A stretch of DNA of 63,977 nucleotides, filler included, from Thelocarpon superellum (taxonomy: Eukaryota): assembly GCA_026025795.1 (NCBI GenBank). It is 12 parts of 12 records of this genome, joined end to end, with 100 filler letters (N's around TTAATTAATTAA, not from the genome) between each part and the next. Parts side by side here need not be neighbours in the genome. Positions count along the whole stretch, not along the records: positions 22,143 to 27,507 come from JAPEUG010000715.1; positions 27,608 to 32,962 come from JAPEUG010000716.1; positions 33,063 to 38,329 come from JAPEUG010000717.1; 9 more parts are not named here. One strand, 5' to 3'. How positions within the stretch are numbered: position 1 is the stretch's first letter; the number at the start of each line of letters is the position of its first letter. This document shows, piece after piece, positions 22,286-36,544 of the stretch. The notes under the pieces were generated by a model. The model saw nothing but the letters and a program-made list of their open reading frames with translations. It had not been told where the DNA came from and made no database searches. Both the position numbers and the translations under genes were made by a program.

Positions 22286-24796
22286 TTACGACACCATTCC
22301 TCCCCCAGACTCCTCCGTGTGCTCTGTCTCATCCGGCTGGTCGCGTGGCGGCGTGGACGGATCAGACTTCGGGGTTGCAAAGGCATGGTCGGTCGCGTGG
22401 ACACCATCGGGGGGAGACGCTTGGATCGCAGGCGGTTCGGGCTCCTTGTGGGGGACAACGTCGCCCCGGTCGTTGATTTCCAGATCCTTGTGGTACTTTT
22501 CGCGATGATGGCGAAACTGCCGCTCGCGCAGGTTGTGCAGGCGCGTCAGCTTGTTCATGTAGCGATTCATGCTCTCACAGAGCCGATCCAGGATCCATTC
22601 CGTCTCGGACGAGCTGGACATCAACGGGCTGTCGTCGCCGATCCAGTCCCAGTTGATCAGGCCCTCGCTCTCTTCGTCCCGCGCCACCTCCGACTTCGTC
22701 TCGGAGCTGAAGCGGATCAGACGCGTATACTCGGCCCACTCTTCGTACGAGTAGCGCCGAGGGGGGTCGTCGTTGAGTTGATCCGCCACACGCCGGATCG
22801 CGAGCGGCAGTCGGCGCGCAATGTCGTGCATCGTCGGCTCGCCCTGTGCCAGCTGCTCGATGGTGGGCGGGATGTCCTCCTCCCTGGCCAGCTGAAAGCC
22901 GCTGGCCACGCGATTGGCCGCCGCCCGCTTTTTCGCCGTCTCCTCCACCCATTTGAGCAGGCCGAGCCTGGTGAGGAGACGGTTCCACAGGCCCGACTTG
23001 GGCAGGATAGTCCAATCGCCCAGCACCACCGTGCCTTGCTTAAAGCCGGCCACGACCGTGTCGCTGAGGTCGCCCACCAGGATGGTCATCGTCGGCACCG
23101 CCAGCAGACTCCACACCACGAAGAAGGGCTTGCCTGCGTTGGAGCGCGGTGACAAGTCGCCGTAACCGATGGTGAGCAGCGAGACGTAGCAGAAGTAGAG
23201 GGCTTCGAAGTAGCTCAAGTCTTGTTCACGGGCTTCGGCGCGCCAGAAGACGACCGCGCCCAAGAGCCAGAGCGAGCTGAAGGCGGTGACGGAGATGCCG
23301 AGCTTGTACCAGCGCCGGAATTGCATCGTCTCATGCTGGATGGCGCGCATCGCGTCGAACCGAGCCTTTTCCTCCTCGAGCACCAACTCGTGCGATCGTT
23401 TGGTGCGAGCTGTCATGCGACGCACAATCTTTGCCCCGGGCACCGAGTGGTGGCCGTTGCCGTGATGCTCGCGATGCTTGTGCTGCTCGTGGTCGTCGTG
23501 GTCGTCGTGGTCCTTGCGGTGGTGATCTTTGCGATGATGCTCTTTGTCGTCATAATCGTGCTCATGATCATCCTTGCCACGTCCGTGATGTTCCTCATGG
23601 TCATGGTCGTGATGCTTGGCGTGGCGACCGCGTTCCAGCCCCTCCGCTTGCTCCGTCTGTTCTGCACGCCGTCGATGGCGGTGCTTCGGATGCTGCTTCT
23701 CGTCGGCGTCGAATTGCAAGGTGCGATTGGGCCGCTCCATGGGAGCCGACACGACGGGCCGTGGCATGTTCAGAAAGGGATCGACCCGGCCGGGCTCGTC
23801 CGCGGTCTCGGTGGAGCGCGACTGCGAGCGTGACAGGCTGATGGTACGCTGACGCTGTCGCTGGGCATGCTTGTTGATGATGTTCTCGCGGCTCAGCTCG
23901 GAGGTGAACTTGTTGATGCTCGACACCATCAAACCCAACATGATGATGCCGCCCACGGTGAAGGGAAAGACGATGCCACGCGACACATCGTTGGGTGGAG
24001 CGAAATCGCCGAAGCCCACGGTCAGGATGGTGACATCGCAGAAGTAGAGGCAGTCGACGAAGCTCCAGCCGGCGGTGCTGGAAAAGACGGCGGCGCCGCC
24101 GGCCAGCCAGATGAAGAACATCATCGTCTGCAGGATCAGCGTACGCTGGTGGTCGGTGAGGGTGAAATGCTGGGGATAATGGCCCAAGAAGTAGCCCAGC
24201 ATGTTGACCATCAGACTCATCGAGTTGATGAGATACAGCACCGCGGCGATGATGGCATACCAGAAGCCCTGCGAGTACGTCTGCTGCGGTCTCACGGGCG
24301 GCACGTAGCGGTCCATGGCGACGGTGATGCCGATCAGGATGCCCGTGGCCGCATACCAAAGGATGATGGTCATGGGGAGGGCGATGATGTAACGAATGCG
24401 TTGGGTGAAGTTGAGGAGCAACGCGAGGTTGCCCGCGAAGCCACAGGCCAGCGAGGCGGCGTTGAGGGCCACACACCAATGGGGGTCGGCATAGCCGTGG
24501 CCAGCCACGTCCGATCCCGTGCCATCATCCGGAAGATTCTGTCGCCACGACGTCACCAAGGCGGCAATGGACAGCGTGTTGGCGAGCGGTCCAATGGTGG
24601 CGGCCAGGAGAGGGATGGCGGTGGAGGCAAACCACCAGTCTTGCGGATCAGTGTCGTCGTCCGGCCGAAAATGTATCTTCCAAAGGTGATGCTCGCCCGT
24701 CAGGGTTCGTTGTAACGAGAGCTCGTCGTTGGTGTCGGTGTGGGTCAAGCCCGCCGGGCTCAAGACACCGTTGGCCTTTTCCTTGCTAAGGTCCAT
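22286..24796 (-). CDS. TOK1: Two-pore-domain outward-rectifier K+ channel (TOK family); start codon tentative
   Basis: Two selectivity filters TVGFGD and TIGYGD, about 8 hydrophobic helices, WWFASTAIPLLAATIGPLAN and LTDHQRTLILQT motifs. Confidence 0.93.
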   Translation of the reverse strand: MDLSKEKANGVLSPAGLTHTDTNDELSLQRTLTGEHHLWKIHFRPDDDTDPQDWWFASTAIPLLAATIGPLANTLSIAALVTSWRQNLPDDGTGSDVAGHGYADPHWCVALNAASLACGFAGNLALLLNFTQRIRYIIALPMTIILWYAATGILIGITVAMDRYVPPVRPQQTYSQGFWYAIIAAVLYLINSMSLMVNMLGYFLGHYPQHFTLTDHQRTLILQTMMFFIWLAGGAAVFSSTAGWSFVDCLYFCDVTILTVGFGDFAPPNDVSRGIVFPFTVGGIIMLGLMVSSINKFTSELSRENIINKHAQRQRQRTISLSRSQSRSTETADEPGRVDPFLNMPRPVVSAPMERPNRTLQFDADEKQHPKHRHRRRAEQTEQAEGLERGRHAKHHDHDHEEHHGRGKDDHEHDYDDKEHHRKDHHRKDHDDHDDHEQHKHREHHGNGHHSVPGAKIVRRMTARTKRSHELVLEEEKARFDAMRAIQHETMQFRRWYKLGISVTAFSSLWLLGAVVFWRAEAREQDLSYFEALYFCYVSLLTIGYGDLSPRSNAGKPFFVVWSLLAVPTMTILVGDLSDTVVAGFKQGTVVLGDWTILPKSGLWNRLLTRLGLLKWVEETAKKRAAANRVASGFQLAREEDIPPTIEQLAQGEPTMHDIARRLPLAIRRVADQLNDDPPRRYSYEEWAEYTRLIRFSSETKSEVARDEESEGLINWDWIGDDSPLMSSSSETEWILDRLCESMNRYMNKLTRLHNLRERQFRHHREKYHKDLEINDRGDVVPHKEPEPPAIQASPPDGVHATDHAFATPKSDPSTPPRDQPDETEHTEESGGGMVS

Positions 24797-25700
24797 GCTT
24801 ACCTCGATGTCGTTACAATGGCCCTCACCGACGACGCATCGCAAATGCTCAATCGTCCACGACTGGCGGTCCACGCAAGTGTCGTCGGCAGATCGGATCC
24901 ATTCCCAGCGGCTGAGGTGGATCTGCCCAAGATATGGTAGCCCCAATCCTGGGCTCGATGCTGGCCGACACCGATAAGCTTGCCTTCGGACCGCTCGAGT
25001 CCGGGAACAAGATGACCTGCAGGCGCCCACGCTCGACCAATCAGGCGAGCCCTACGCGGGGAGTGGCGGCGCGGGATGAGACGAGTACTTTGTACAAAGC
25101 TCGCGTCAGTGCCGGTAGCGGTACTGCACCTCAGGCGCTTCAAGCACCCCAGCTCCCCACGTTCCATGCGCAGCACGTAGAGGTACGAAGTACGACGGAC
25201 TCCGGACTCCGGACGGGGGTCTGATTACGCGAATGCAAACCAGAAACCCCCCACCGCCCGAACTTGCACTCATACTCGTCCTCCTACAGGTTCTTGCAGG
25301 CACACCAAACCAGAGGGTTGCGACGACCGCGTAAGACATCCGAACCCGGCGAGCTTCCAGGCAAGGGACCCTCGCGTATGCACGTATGCACGACCTCCGC
25401 TTGGCCTGCGACCGCAAATTCAAGACGGGAGCCTTCCTCGACAGCGCGCCCAGATTGACGGCCGGAGATCGGGGAGTGCCCCGAGTCGGCGGCCTCGCTG
25501 TCCTATTTTGACGCTGACGTATAGTTACCCAGTTTCGCGCGTACGTCGGACTCGCCCGATGATGGTCCGCTGCCCAATTGATAAGCCGGCCTCGGATATG
25601 CATTTCCGACAGTGGATCTGGCGACGCCAGCAATACAAATAACATGAACTGATCAGTGGAGTACTGGTACAGATAAGATGCGGTCCTTATCGCGCCCCTC

Positions 25701-25728
25701 CGCCGCCGCCGCCGCCGCCGCCGCCGCC
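25701..25728. repeat. (CGC)n trinucleotide repeat, about 9 units
   Basis: Direct reading. Confidence 0.9.
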
Positions 25729-25802
25729 TATTGCGCGTTCCAGATGCCCAACGCCGACGCTACTTGCCGCCATCCATCCCACGCTACGCAAGCGTGGTCC
25801 GG

Positions 25803-26569
25803 CTAGATGGATTGCCAGAAATAGTTGGCATAGAAGAACCTTGAGAACTTAGGATCCACGTTGACCACATGCACATCCCCTTTGCGATTGTTGCGGATCA
25901 CGGCTTTGTTGTAGGCGCCCGTGCCATCGGCTTCGATGTCGATGCCCAGCGATCGATATACCTTGAGCTTCAAACTGCACCCGGCGTCAGCGAAGGTCCA
26001 ACCCAGACATCCGGACACAGCTTCATCACGTACAGTACTTCGTCCTCGAGTTCGCGCTTGCCGCGCTCCGTCTCGCCTCCGTCGACGCCTTGGAGGTCAA
26101 GATCGGCCAGTCGGGCCTTCAATGTGTCCAGCTCTTGCTCGCATCGCTCGCTTTCAATCTCCAGGTCGGCGGCCGACTTGGCCACGCGAAACTTCTGGGT
26201 GTCCAGCGCCAGGATCTGTGACGCGTGTTCGTGCGACGAGTGGCTCGATTTGTTTTCGTCGTGATGATGCTGTAAGGTCGCTAGGTTGCGCGACAGCTCT
26301 GGCCACGGTCATCGTCAGTCGCGCATCAATTCCAAATCGCCGTGTACCATCCTACTTTTCATCGCCGACTCTGCCTCACGCAACCGTAGATCCCGCGCTT
26401 GCTGGAGGGTGGACAAGGAATCATTGATGCGACCGAGAGCGCTCTTGTCGGGATGGATGTTGAAATTGCCGATGGTGTGTCGGATCAGCTGCGTAAACAT
26501 CAGCCTCGGACTCCGAGAAGGGGAAATGCACATGGATCTTACGGTCGCGGGATCCTCGTCAAGCAGCAT
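25803..26569 (-). CDS. SPC24: Ndc80-complex kinetochore subunit Spc24, 4 exons
   Basis: [40 protein letters not shown]..|[21 protein letters not shown]. Confidence 0.92.
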
Positions 26570-26940
26570 GATTTCGACCAAATCTCAGGTTGTCTCAGAG
26601 GCGAAGGAAGGTCGAAGGGAGAAGTGGAGGAGGAAGGGATGAGTCCGCGTCCCAAGCGACGGTGAACGCGGGGGATTCGGATCAGACATCCTATCGTGTT
26701 TGGGCGCCGGTCGCCACGCCAACACGGCGACGGCCGGACATGCAAATCGACGACTAAGCGAACCTCCGCCCTTTTCGCTTGCACCGCCACACGGCGACTA
26801 CTTGCACATGACGTCCCAGCCGGCGCCCGGTCGTGTGCAGGACCAGCTGATTGCCACACCTCCGTTCCTCACCGTCGCTTGACGCCACATCCATCCCGCT
26901 CTCCGCCGCCCATCGCAATCGAAAGCTGAAGGGCCATACG

Positions 26941-27507
<567 letters not shown>

Positions 27508-27607
27508 NNNNNNNNNNNNNNNNNNNNNNNNNNNNNNNNNNNNNNNNNNNNTTAATTAATTAANNNNNNNNNNNNNNNNNNNNNNNNNNNNNNNNNNNNN
27601 NNNNNNN
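27508..27607. other. Artificial contig spacer
   Basis: N44-TTAATTAATTAA-N44. Confidence 0.99.
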
Positions 27608-27701
27608 AGGTAGGTATCATACATGGATGCTGCACCCTAGCTGCCGGATAGATAGAACCAAGAGACGCCGCCATGGGACAAAGCGAGCGAGCGAGCATCA
27701 A

Positions 27702-28525
27702 TCAGCCCAACGGCTTCTGCTTCTTCTTCTTCTTCTTCTTCTCCCCGCCCTTTTGGAAGTCGCGCCAGCTACTGATGCGACCCTCCCGGGTACCTTCCCA
27801 GGCGGACTCATGGTCCCGCTTGCGCTTCTTCAGCTCGAGCTCCTCGTCCTGCTTCCGCTGCTCCCGGCCCTCTTCCTGCAGCTGCGCCTTCAGCTGCCTG
27901 CGCCGCCGCGCCTCGTTCTCAATCAGCACGAACTTGGTCTTCTCGCGCCACTCGGCCTTGAAGCCCTCCGTGCGCAGCTCGGGACTGTCCACCGTCCACT
28001 TGTGCTCGCGCATCAGCAGGTGTCGCGCGTCCGCGATGGATTCGTCCAGCCGCGCCCGCGCCTTCTCGTCCATCAGCTCCGTCTGCGCTTTCTTGAGCCG
28101 GTCGAACGCGTCGGGCGCTGCCGGGTTGGACGTCTTGTCCGGGTGGATGAGCAATGATCGTTTGCGGTATTGGTTCTTGATGTCGCTTTCCGGCACGCCC
28201 GGTTGGAGGTCGAGTACTGCGTAGCTGTTGAGGCTAAGGTCAGTCTTGGCTGGTAACGTGGGAGGGGGAGTGAGCTTACGCATCGAGCTTGAACGCCTTG
28301 AGGATCCCTAAGTGACAGAATGTATGAGACTGATGATGAGGGTTTGGGGGGGGGGAGGGGTGGGGCAAAGCACTGACGATCAATCTCGGCGTCCTGTGCA
28401 CCCCGCGTTAGCTGTGCAAGTGCACCAGACAGCGGCGGTGGCAAGGGAGCTCTCCGTACCTTGTTGAACTCCGTAGCCTCCTTCTCCAACGCGTCCAGCG
28501 CCGCCTGATCCTCATCTACCGCCAT
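27702..28525 (-). CDS. SPF31: J-domain protein Spf31/DNAJC8, 4 exons
   Basis: EFNK|DAEIDR|ILKAFKLDA|YAVLDL..YRKRSLLIHPDK J domain; WEGTREGRISSWRDF C-terminal motif. Confidence 0.9.
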
Positions 28526-28837
28526 CGTGCACTCTGCGAGCCTTGCAGCTTACACGATCGTCTTCTCGATGCTGATACGCCGCTTGGATGGTGGTTGTAC
28601 GGTGGTGGTGCTTCAACGCCGGGACGTCGGGAGGAGACGCTAGAACGGTCGGGCACACGGCGAGGTTACGGTTAAGATCCGTTTCGCTTTCGCCTTCTCT
28701 TTCGCTTTCGCCAGTGGACGCACGAGGACGAAGTGAGCCCGACAAGAAGGGACGGACCATTTCTCTCGTCCCACCTACACATTTCTACGGCCGCACCTCA
28801 CGGTCGCACACCACGGCCACGGCGCGTTGAGGGCGCC

Positions 28838-31265
28838 ATGGCTCCAACTACCAAGCGATCAAAGTCGGGCAAACCCGGCGATCCTCGCAGTCCAGCACGC
28901 ACACTCAAGCGGAAACGAGACGAAGACGAGATCGCTTCTCTTGACCGCGCCATCTCAGAGGTGGTACGATCTACATCTTCTCCTGCCGTTCGTTCTCCAG
29001 CTTCCCGGCTGACCATGCTTTCTCTTCTCTCTCTCTTCCCAGGACCCCGCGCAATCCGACATCAGATCCTTCACCGACCTCCCCTTGTCAAAAGCTACGG
29101 CTTCGGGCCTGGAGGCATCGCACTTCAAGACGCTGACGGACATCCAAGCGAAAGCCATCCCATTGGGCCTTCGACGGCGAGATTGTCTGGGGGCTGCCAA
29201 AACGGGCAGCGGGAAGACGCTTGCCTTTCTCGTACCGGTGCTGGAGAACCTCTTTCGGGGGAGATGGACAGAGCTGGATGGTCTGGGGGCGTTGATCATC
29301 TCGCCGACGCGGGAACTGGCCATTCAGATCTTCGAGGTCCTGCGCAAGATCGGTCGCTTTCATACCTTCTCCGCCGGGCTGGTCATCGGCGGCAAGAGCC
29401 TGCAGGAGGAACAGGTGCGGCTGGGACGGATGAACATCCTCGTGTGCACGCCCGGCAGGATGTTGCAGCATATGGACCAGACGGCCATCTTCGACGTCGG
29501 CAATCTCCAGATGCTGGTGTTGGATGAGGCCGACCGGATCATGGATATGGGATTTCAGGCTACCGTGGATGCCATCATCAGCCATCTGCCCCGCGAACGA
29601 CAGACGTTGCTGTTCAGCGCGACGCAGACTAAGAAAGTCTCGGACCTAGCCCGGCTGAGTCTACGGGAGCCCGAATACGTCGCAGTTCATGAGAGCGCGA
29701 GCAGCGCCACTCCGTCCACGCTGCAGCAGCACTACATCATCACGCCGCTCCCGGCAAAGATTGACACGCTGTTTGGTTTCATCCGGAGCAACGTCAAGGC
29801 CAAGATCTTGGTCTTTCTGTCCTCGGGGAAGCAAGTCCGCTTCGTCTACGAGAGCTTCCGTCACCTGCAACCCGGTGTCCCGCTGCTTCATCTCCACGGT
29901 CGGCAGAAGCAGACGGCTCGACTTGACATCACTTCGCGATTCTCCGCCGCCCAAAAGTGCTGTCTGTTTGCCACGGATGTCGTGGCCCGGGGCCTCGACT
30001 TCCCTGCCGTGGACTGGGTCATTCAGCTGGATTGCCCCGAAGACGCCGAGACGTATATCCACCGCGTGGGTCGCACTGCGCGCTACGAACGCCATGGCCG
30101 GGCGGTCTTGTTCCTGGAACCGAGCGAGGAAGAGGGGATGCTGCAGCGCTTGGCGCAGAAGAAAGTGCCCATCGAACGCATCCACGTGCGCGCAAAGAAG
30201 CAGCAGAGCATTCAGAACCAGCTCCAGAACATGTGTTTCAAGGACCCGGAGTTGAAATACCTGGGGCAAAAGGCCTTTAGCAGCTACGTCCGATCGATCC
30301 ACGTGCAAAAGGACAAGGAGATCTTCAAAGTGCACGAGCTGCCCCTGGAGGACTTCTCCGCGAGTCTCGGCCTCCCCGGCGCCCCGCGCATCAAATTTCT
30401 CAAGGGTGACGATGCAAAAGTGCGTAAGAATGCGCCTCGACAACTCCTGGACTCGTCCGGGAGTGAAGATGAGGCCGAGGGCGCGGACAAGCCGGGTGAA
30501 AAGGCCAAGCCAGGGGTGCGGACGAAGTACGACCGCATGTTTGAACGGCGCAATCAAGATGTGTTGGCGGACCACTACTCGAAAATGATTGGTCGTGACG
30601 ACGATGGCCTCAATACCATGGAAGACGCGGACGAAGACGACGACTTTTTGACGGTGAAGCGACGGCTCTCGCTTGACGAAGATGACGAGGTCGTCGTGCC
30701 CATCACACGACGAACGATCCCAACCGTGGGCAAAGATTCGCTCATCATCGATTCGAAGCGACGAGAGAAATTGCTCAAGTCTAAGAAGAAGCTGCTGAAG
30801 TTCAAGGGCAAAGGGACCAAGTTAGTGTACGACGAGCACGGAGTGGCCCATCCGATCTATGACCTGGAGGATGAGGAAGACTTTAAGCAGCAGGGTAACG
30901 CAGAAAGCCAGCGAGCCCAATTTTTGGAAGCGGAACGTGATCGAACAAGAGAAGCGGATGTGACGGATAAGCGCGTGGCCAAGGAGAAGAAGCGGGAGAA
31001 GCGAGAGCGGCGAAAGGAGCGACAGGCGGTGGACCCAGGAGGGAACCACGTTCAGCTGGTGCCGACTGCTCACAAGAACGATGAGATCGATGAGTTCGAT
31101 GAGGTCGATGCAGCGGCGTCCGTGGCTCCACAACCGAAGAAATGGTTTGAGGATGACTCGGATGGAGAACGGGCGAGCAAGCGACGAGGGGCCGTAAGGG
31201 TGGAGGAGGAACCCACGACACTGGAAGATCTGGAGGCATTAGCCTCTGGGTTATTAGGTCAATAA
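28838..31265 (+). CDS. DBP4: DEAD-box RNA helicase Dbp4/DDX10 (intron about 28964-29042)
   Basis: [63 protein letters not shown]. Confidence 0.96.
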
Positions 31266-31873
31266 GGGAACCCGGCATTTGAACTGGGTATGAGACTCAG
31301 ATTATTGCACACGAATGGCACTCGTACACCGTCTCGACGAATCTTCCTTCGGCCTCTTTGCGGCCAATGAAGGCGGCGGGCGGCTCAAGTTCAATGGCAC
31401 ATAAAGGCGGTCGTGGGGGGTCGGACACGGAACGTGTGACCGCGGCTGGTCCCGGACCTTCGCTAGACTCCGAGGTCCCCCGTAACATCCTACCCGTCTG
31501 AGTACTGACGCACCCCGAAAACTAGACTGGAGATGGGTGGTCTATTCTACGGAAGCTCTCCGTCGTTCTAATTCACAGCTATGGTGGGTCACGTGTAGCG
31601 GCTTAGTCAGAAGTCTCGAGCTCCCGTATGGAGCCTCCATAGTACGAAGTACCTAGGACTTCGTACGGTATTTGGCTGGCTTCCTCCTGCAACACATGCA
31701 AACCGCAGCTGGCCTTTAACTAATTGATGAAGTAATTCACACTTTTTTCCTGTTCGCTTCCAACCCGTTCGCCGAATGACCTAACCATTGGTCACAATCG
31801 ACCGTGCGCCGCGCCGTGATAAAGCTCCGACGTGCTTATGGATTGACTCGGTGCAAGCACGGCGATCCCCGAG

Positions 31874-32854
31874 ATGCCCCAGGAGCGGCTGTCCACGCAA
31901 CTTCTCGACCAGACCACGCTTGAGAACGAGGAGGAAGAGGCGACGGGAGCCGGGGTATCGGAAGGCAATGAGGCACGGGGTCCAGAGCAGGACAGTGACG
32001 AGGCGCCGCCGAGCGACGCACAACATGAACCCGCATCGCTGTCGCACCTCTGCACCGAGATCCACGCCCGCGTCACGGCATTCCTGGAGACGCCAACGAC
32101 CGACGAGCAAGTGAAACAGGTGCAGGGGCAGACGCGCACGACATTGGATGTGATTCACGACGCCCTGCGGCGCTATCGCCTGGACGAGCTCTCGCTCTCC
32201 TACAACGGCGGCAAGGACTGTCTCGTCCTCCTCTTCCTCCTCCTCGCGGCCCTCTCGACCCACAAGGGCGCATTGCCCCCTCGTCTACAGTCCGTCTACA
32301 TCATTCCCCCGAGTCCCTTTGCTCTCGTCGAGAGCTTTGTCGCCCGGAGTAGCGACGCCTACCATCTACAGGTCGCTCGCTACGCGCTTCCCATGAGACC
32401 GGCGTTTGGAGTATATCTACACGAGCATCGACAGGTCAAGGCCATCTTTGTGGGCACGCGACGGACGGATCCCCATGGAGCCAATCTCACCCATTTCGAC
32501 CCGACGGATCATGGATGGCCGTCATTCATGAGGATTCATCCGGTGATCGACTGGCACTATGCCGAGATTTGGACGGTACGTTCCCACCCATAGACCGAAG
32601 AGGGTAACGCTGATATGATCTAGTTCATTCGCGCCTTGAAGATCCCCTACTGTGGTCTGTACGATCTCGGATATACCTCGTTGGGCGGGACGAACGATAC
32701 TCGACCGAATCCAGCGTTACGACGGGATCCGGACGAGCTGAGCGGGCAAGGTAAAGGGCGAGGGGAGCAAGGAGAGGATAACACGCACGGAGAGCATTTC
32801 CGACCAGCGTATGAATTGACGGAGGATCATGAAGAGCGACTTGGTAGGGCGTGA
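31874..32854 (+). CDS. FAD1: FAD synthetase (PAPS-reductase-like), 2 exons (intron about 32577-32623)
   Basis: [56 protein letters not shown]. Confidence 0.95.
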
Positions 32855-32962
32855 CCTCTGCTTGATCGGTGTACATGGGCGTATGGTATGTCGTAGAAGG
32901 CTTAAGTCCGGGAGGTACTCAGCGTTACACTGGAGGGGTGATAGTGATTCAATTCGCCTGCT

Positions 32963-33062
32963 NNNNNNNNNNNNNNNNNNNNNNNNNNNNNNNNNNNNNN
33001 NNNNNNTTAATTAATTAANNNNNNNNNNNNNNNNNNNNNNNNNNNNNNNNNNNNNNNNNNNN
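32963..33062. other. Artificial contig spacer
   Basis: N44-TTAATTAATTAA-N44. Confidence 0.99.
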
Positions 33063-33078
33063 ACCCTATATTAGGTGA

Positions 33079-34451
33079 TCATCCTGAGACATACCGGATC
33101 TCATAGCTCCCCGCTCGGGTCATGTACCGAACCCACTTGACGCTGCTGTAGTTGCTCTTCTCAAACACCTTGAGATACCGAACCAATAGTCCCGAGCTCG
33201 TGAACATGAGCAAGGAGAAGCTTAGGCTCAGCGGCGGTCGACTCCAGGCCTTTTGATTGGTCATCGAGGTCAAAGTCGCTTCGGCGGACAAGACGAACTC
33301 GCTCTGGCCGGTGAAGCGCGGGATCTTCCAGACGATGTTGTTGTGCTCAGGTTCGTACTTGGCTTTGCCTTGCGACGTGCGTTCGGTGATGCGCGCGGTG
33401 TTGAGCGGGGTGGGGACACGGACGACGACGTTGGTGGCGAAGAGCTTGCTGCCGTAGTTCGCCTTGATCGCGATGCTGTACTCCACCTTGGTCTTGCCCG
33501 CTTCGTTGACGATGGCGTGCACCTTGAATGGGAGATTGACATTCTCCGTGGCCCGGTATCGCATCAGCTCAAATTCGCCATCGGGCGGGACGAAGGAGAT
33601 GATGCGGTCGGTATCAAATTTGCCCAGCTTGACGCACTGGTGGAACTGGCAGTCCTCCAATGTCACGCTCCCCGCCGCCGCCCGAGTCGCTTTCGTGCCC
33701 GCGCGATTGCCGGACGGCAGCGACAGACTATCACCATCCAGCAGCAGGCGGTCATTGAGGCCAAACTTGCACTCGGGCGTGCCGGTCAGATAGGCGCGCA
33801 TGATGATCTGTCCATTGACGTCTGCACGCAACACCGTGCCCGTGGCGGACATGAGGAGGTTGACGTCCTCAATGACATCGACAAACGCTTCATTCTTCCG
33901 GTATTTGATATCTGACCGACGCCACGAGAGTGCGCCCGTGGCCTGCATGGTGATGCGCGACGAGTCCTCCATCGTCCGTTCCGACTTGACGCCTTCGGTC
34001 GTAATGTACATCTTCAGCGTGTCGGTCTCGGTATTCTGAGGATAGCCAAAGTCCAGGATCTCTGCGCAAAGACGATTAGCATGAAAGCTCATGGGAAAGA
34101 CGAAGCAACGATACCGTCCAACAGCTCATACACGAGCACAAAGTTGTTCTTCACAGCCTCCTCATCGAACTTGCCAAAGTAACCCCGGCCCAGTCCCACC
34201 AACCGGTAGAGAAACTCGAAGATGAGGGCCGCATTGGCATTGCTCTTGGTGATGGCGACCAGATAAATGTTCTCGTGCTTGACATGGCTGAAGGTGGTCG
34301 AGCCCAGGGTCAGGATAGGAGAGCGAACTTGCGCGTTGGAGATGACTTGAATGCGGAAAACGTCGGCGAGTCGGGGCCGGCAGTCATTGCGAAAGGCACG
34401 GAAGATGAGATTCTCGCCCTTCTGATTGAAGATAAGGATTCCGGAGAGCAT
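33079..34451 (-). CDS. APM4: AP-2 adaptor complex mu subunit (intron about 34062-34113; last tiny exon after GTATGT donor at 33094 probably beyond contig end)
   Basis: MLSGILIFNQKGENLIFRAFR, NNFVLVYELLD|EILDFGYPQNT, FHQCV, ISFVPPDGEFELM, KWVRYMTRAGSYEIR. Confidence 0.96.
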
Positions 34452-34831
34452 CTTGGCCTAACACGACTTCACCCGGTCCGTCGAAGGTCACCGTGCTCGC
34501 TGGTGGAGGGGCGGCGACGAGAGACCTTTCCCCAGCACAGCGGGAGCTACGGTGCGCGGACCACCGCGCGGATCTCTCCGCCACAGTTCCTCCGCCCGTC
34601 CTACGAGTAGTTCAGGACCCCGGCAACGCCCGAAATCCCTACGGTGGTGCATCGCCACATGCTATAATATACGGAGAGCTAGCTGTACACGCAAAGACGA
34701 TGCTCCCACCGGGTCCCACCGGGGAGACGGAGCCACAGGCATACGCATCCGCGACCGACAGCGTGGTGCTGAAATCACCACTGCACTCGCCCAGGAGAGA
34801 TCCAATAAGCCATCTTCCGTCATTCCGCCGT

Positions 34832-36208
<1,377 letters not shown>

Positions 36209-36544
36209 CTTCGAGGCAGATGTCAACGACCGCAGGGATTGCTAGGATGGTCGGATACTCTCGGTGCAGAGGCCGTTGGAGAGCAAAGATCTGGACAACA
36301 ATGCCCGGCGAGTCTGGTCGAGCAATCGCCAAAGCTGAGCCATTTCCGCTACGGGCCGCCCGGGAAAGGTTTGCCGATTCCACCGAACTCGCCATTCCAG
36401 GGCAACTGTTCCCGCGGAGCACCCTTCGATGCCACGAACCGGCCGACATTAATCACGGCGTGCCCCAAGTGATGACCCCGAGCCTGGCTGTGATGCTACG
36501 TTGGAAGTGATCCCAGCTTCTCGCTTGGTCACATCTACATCACA

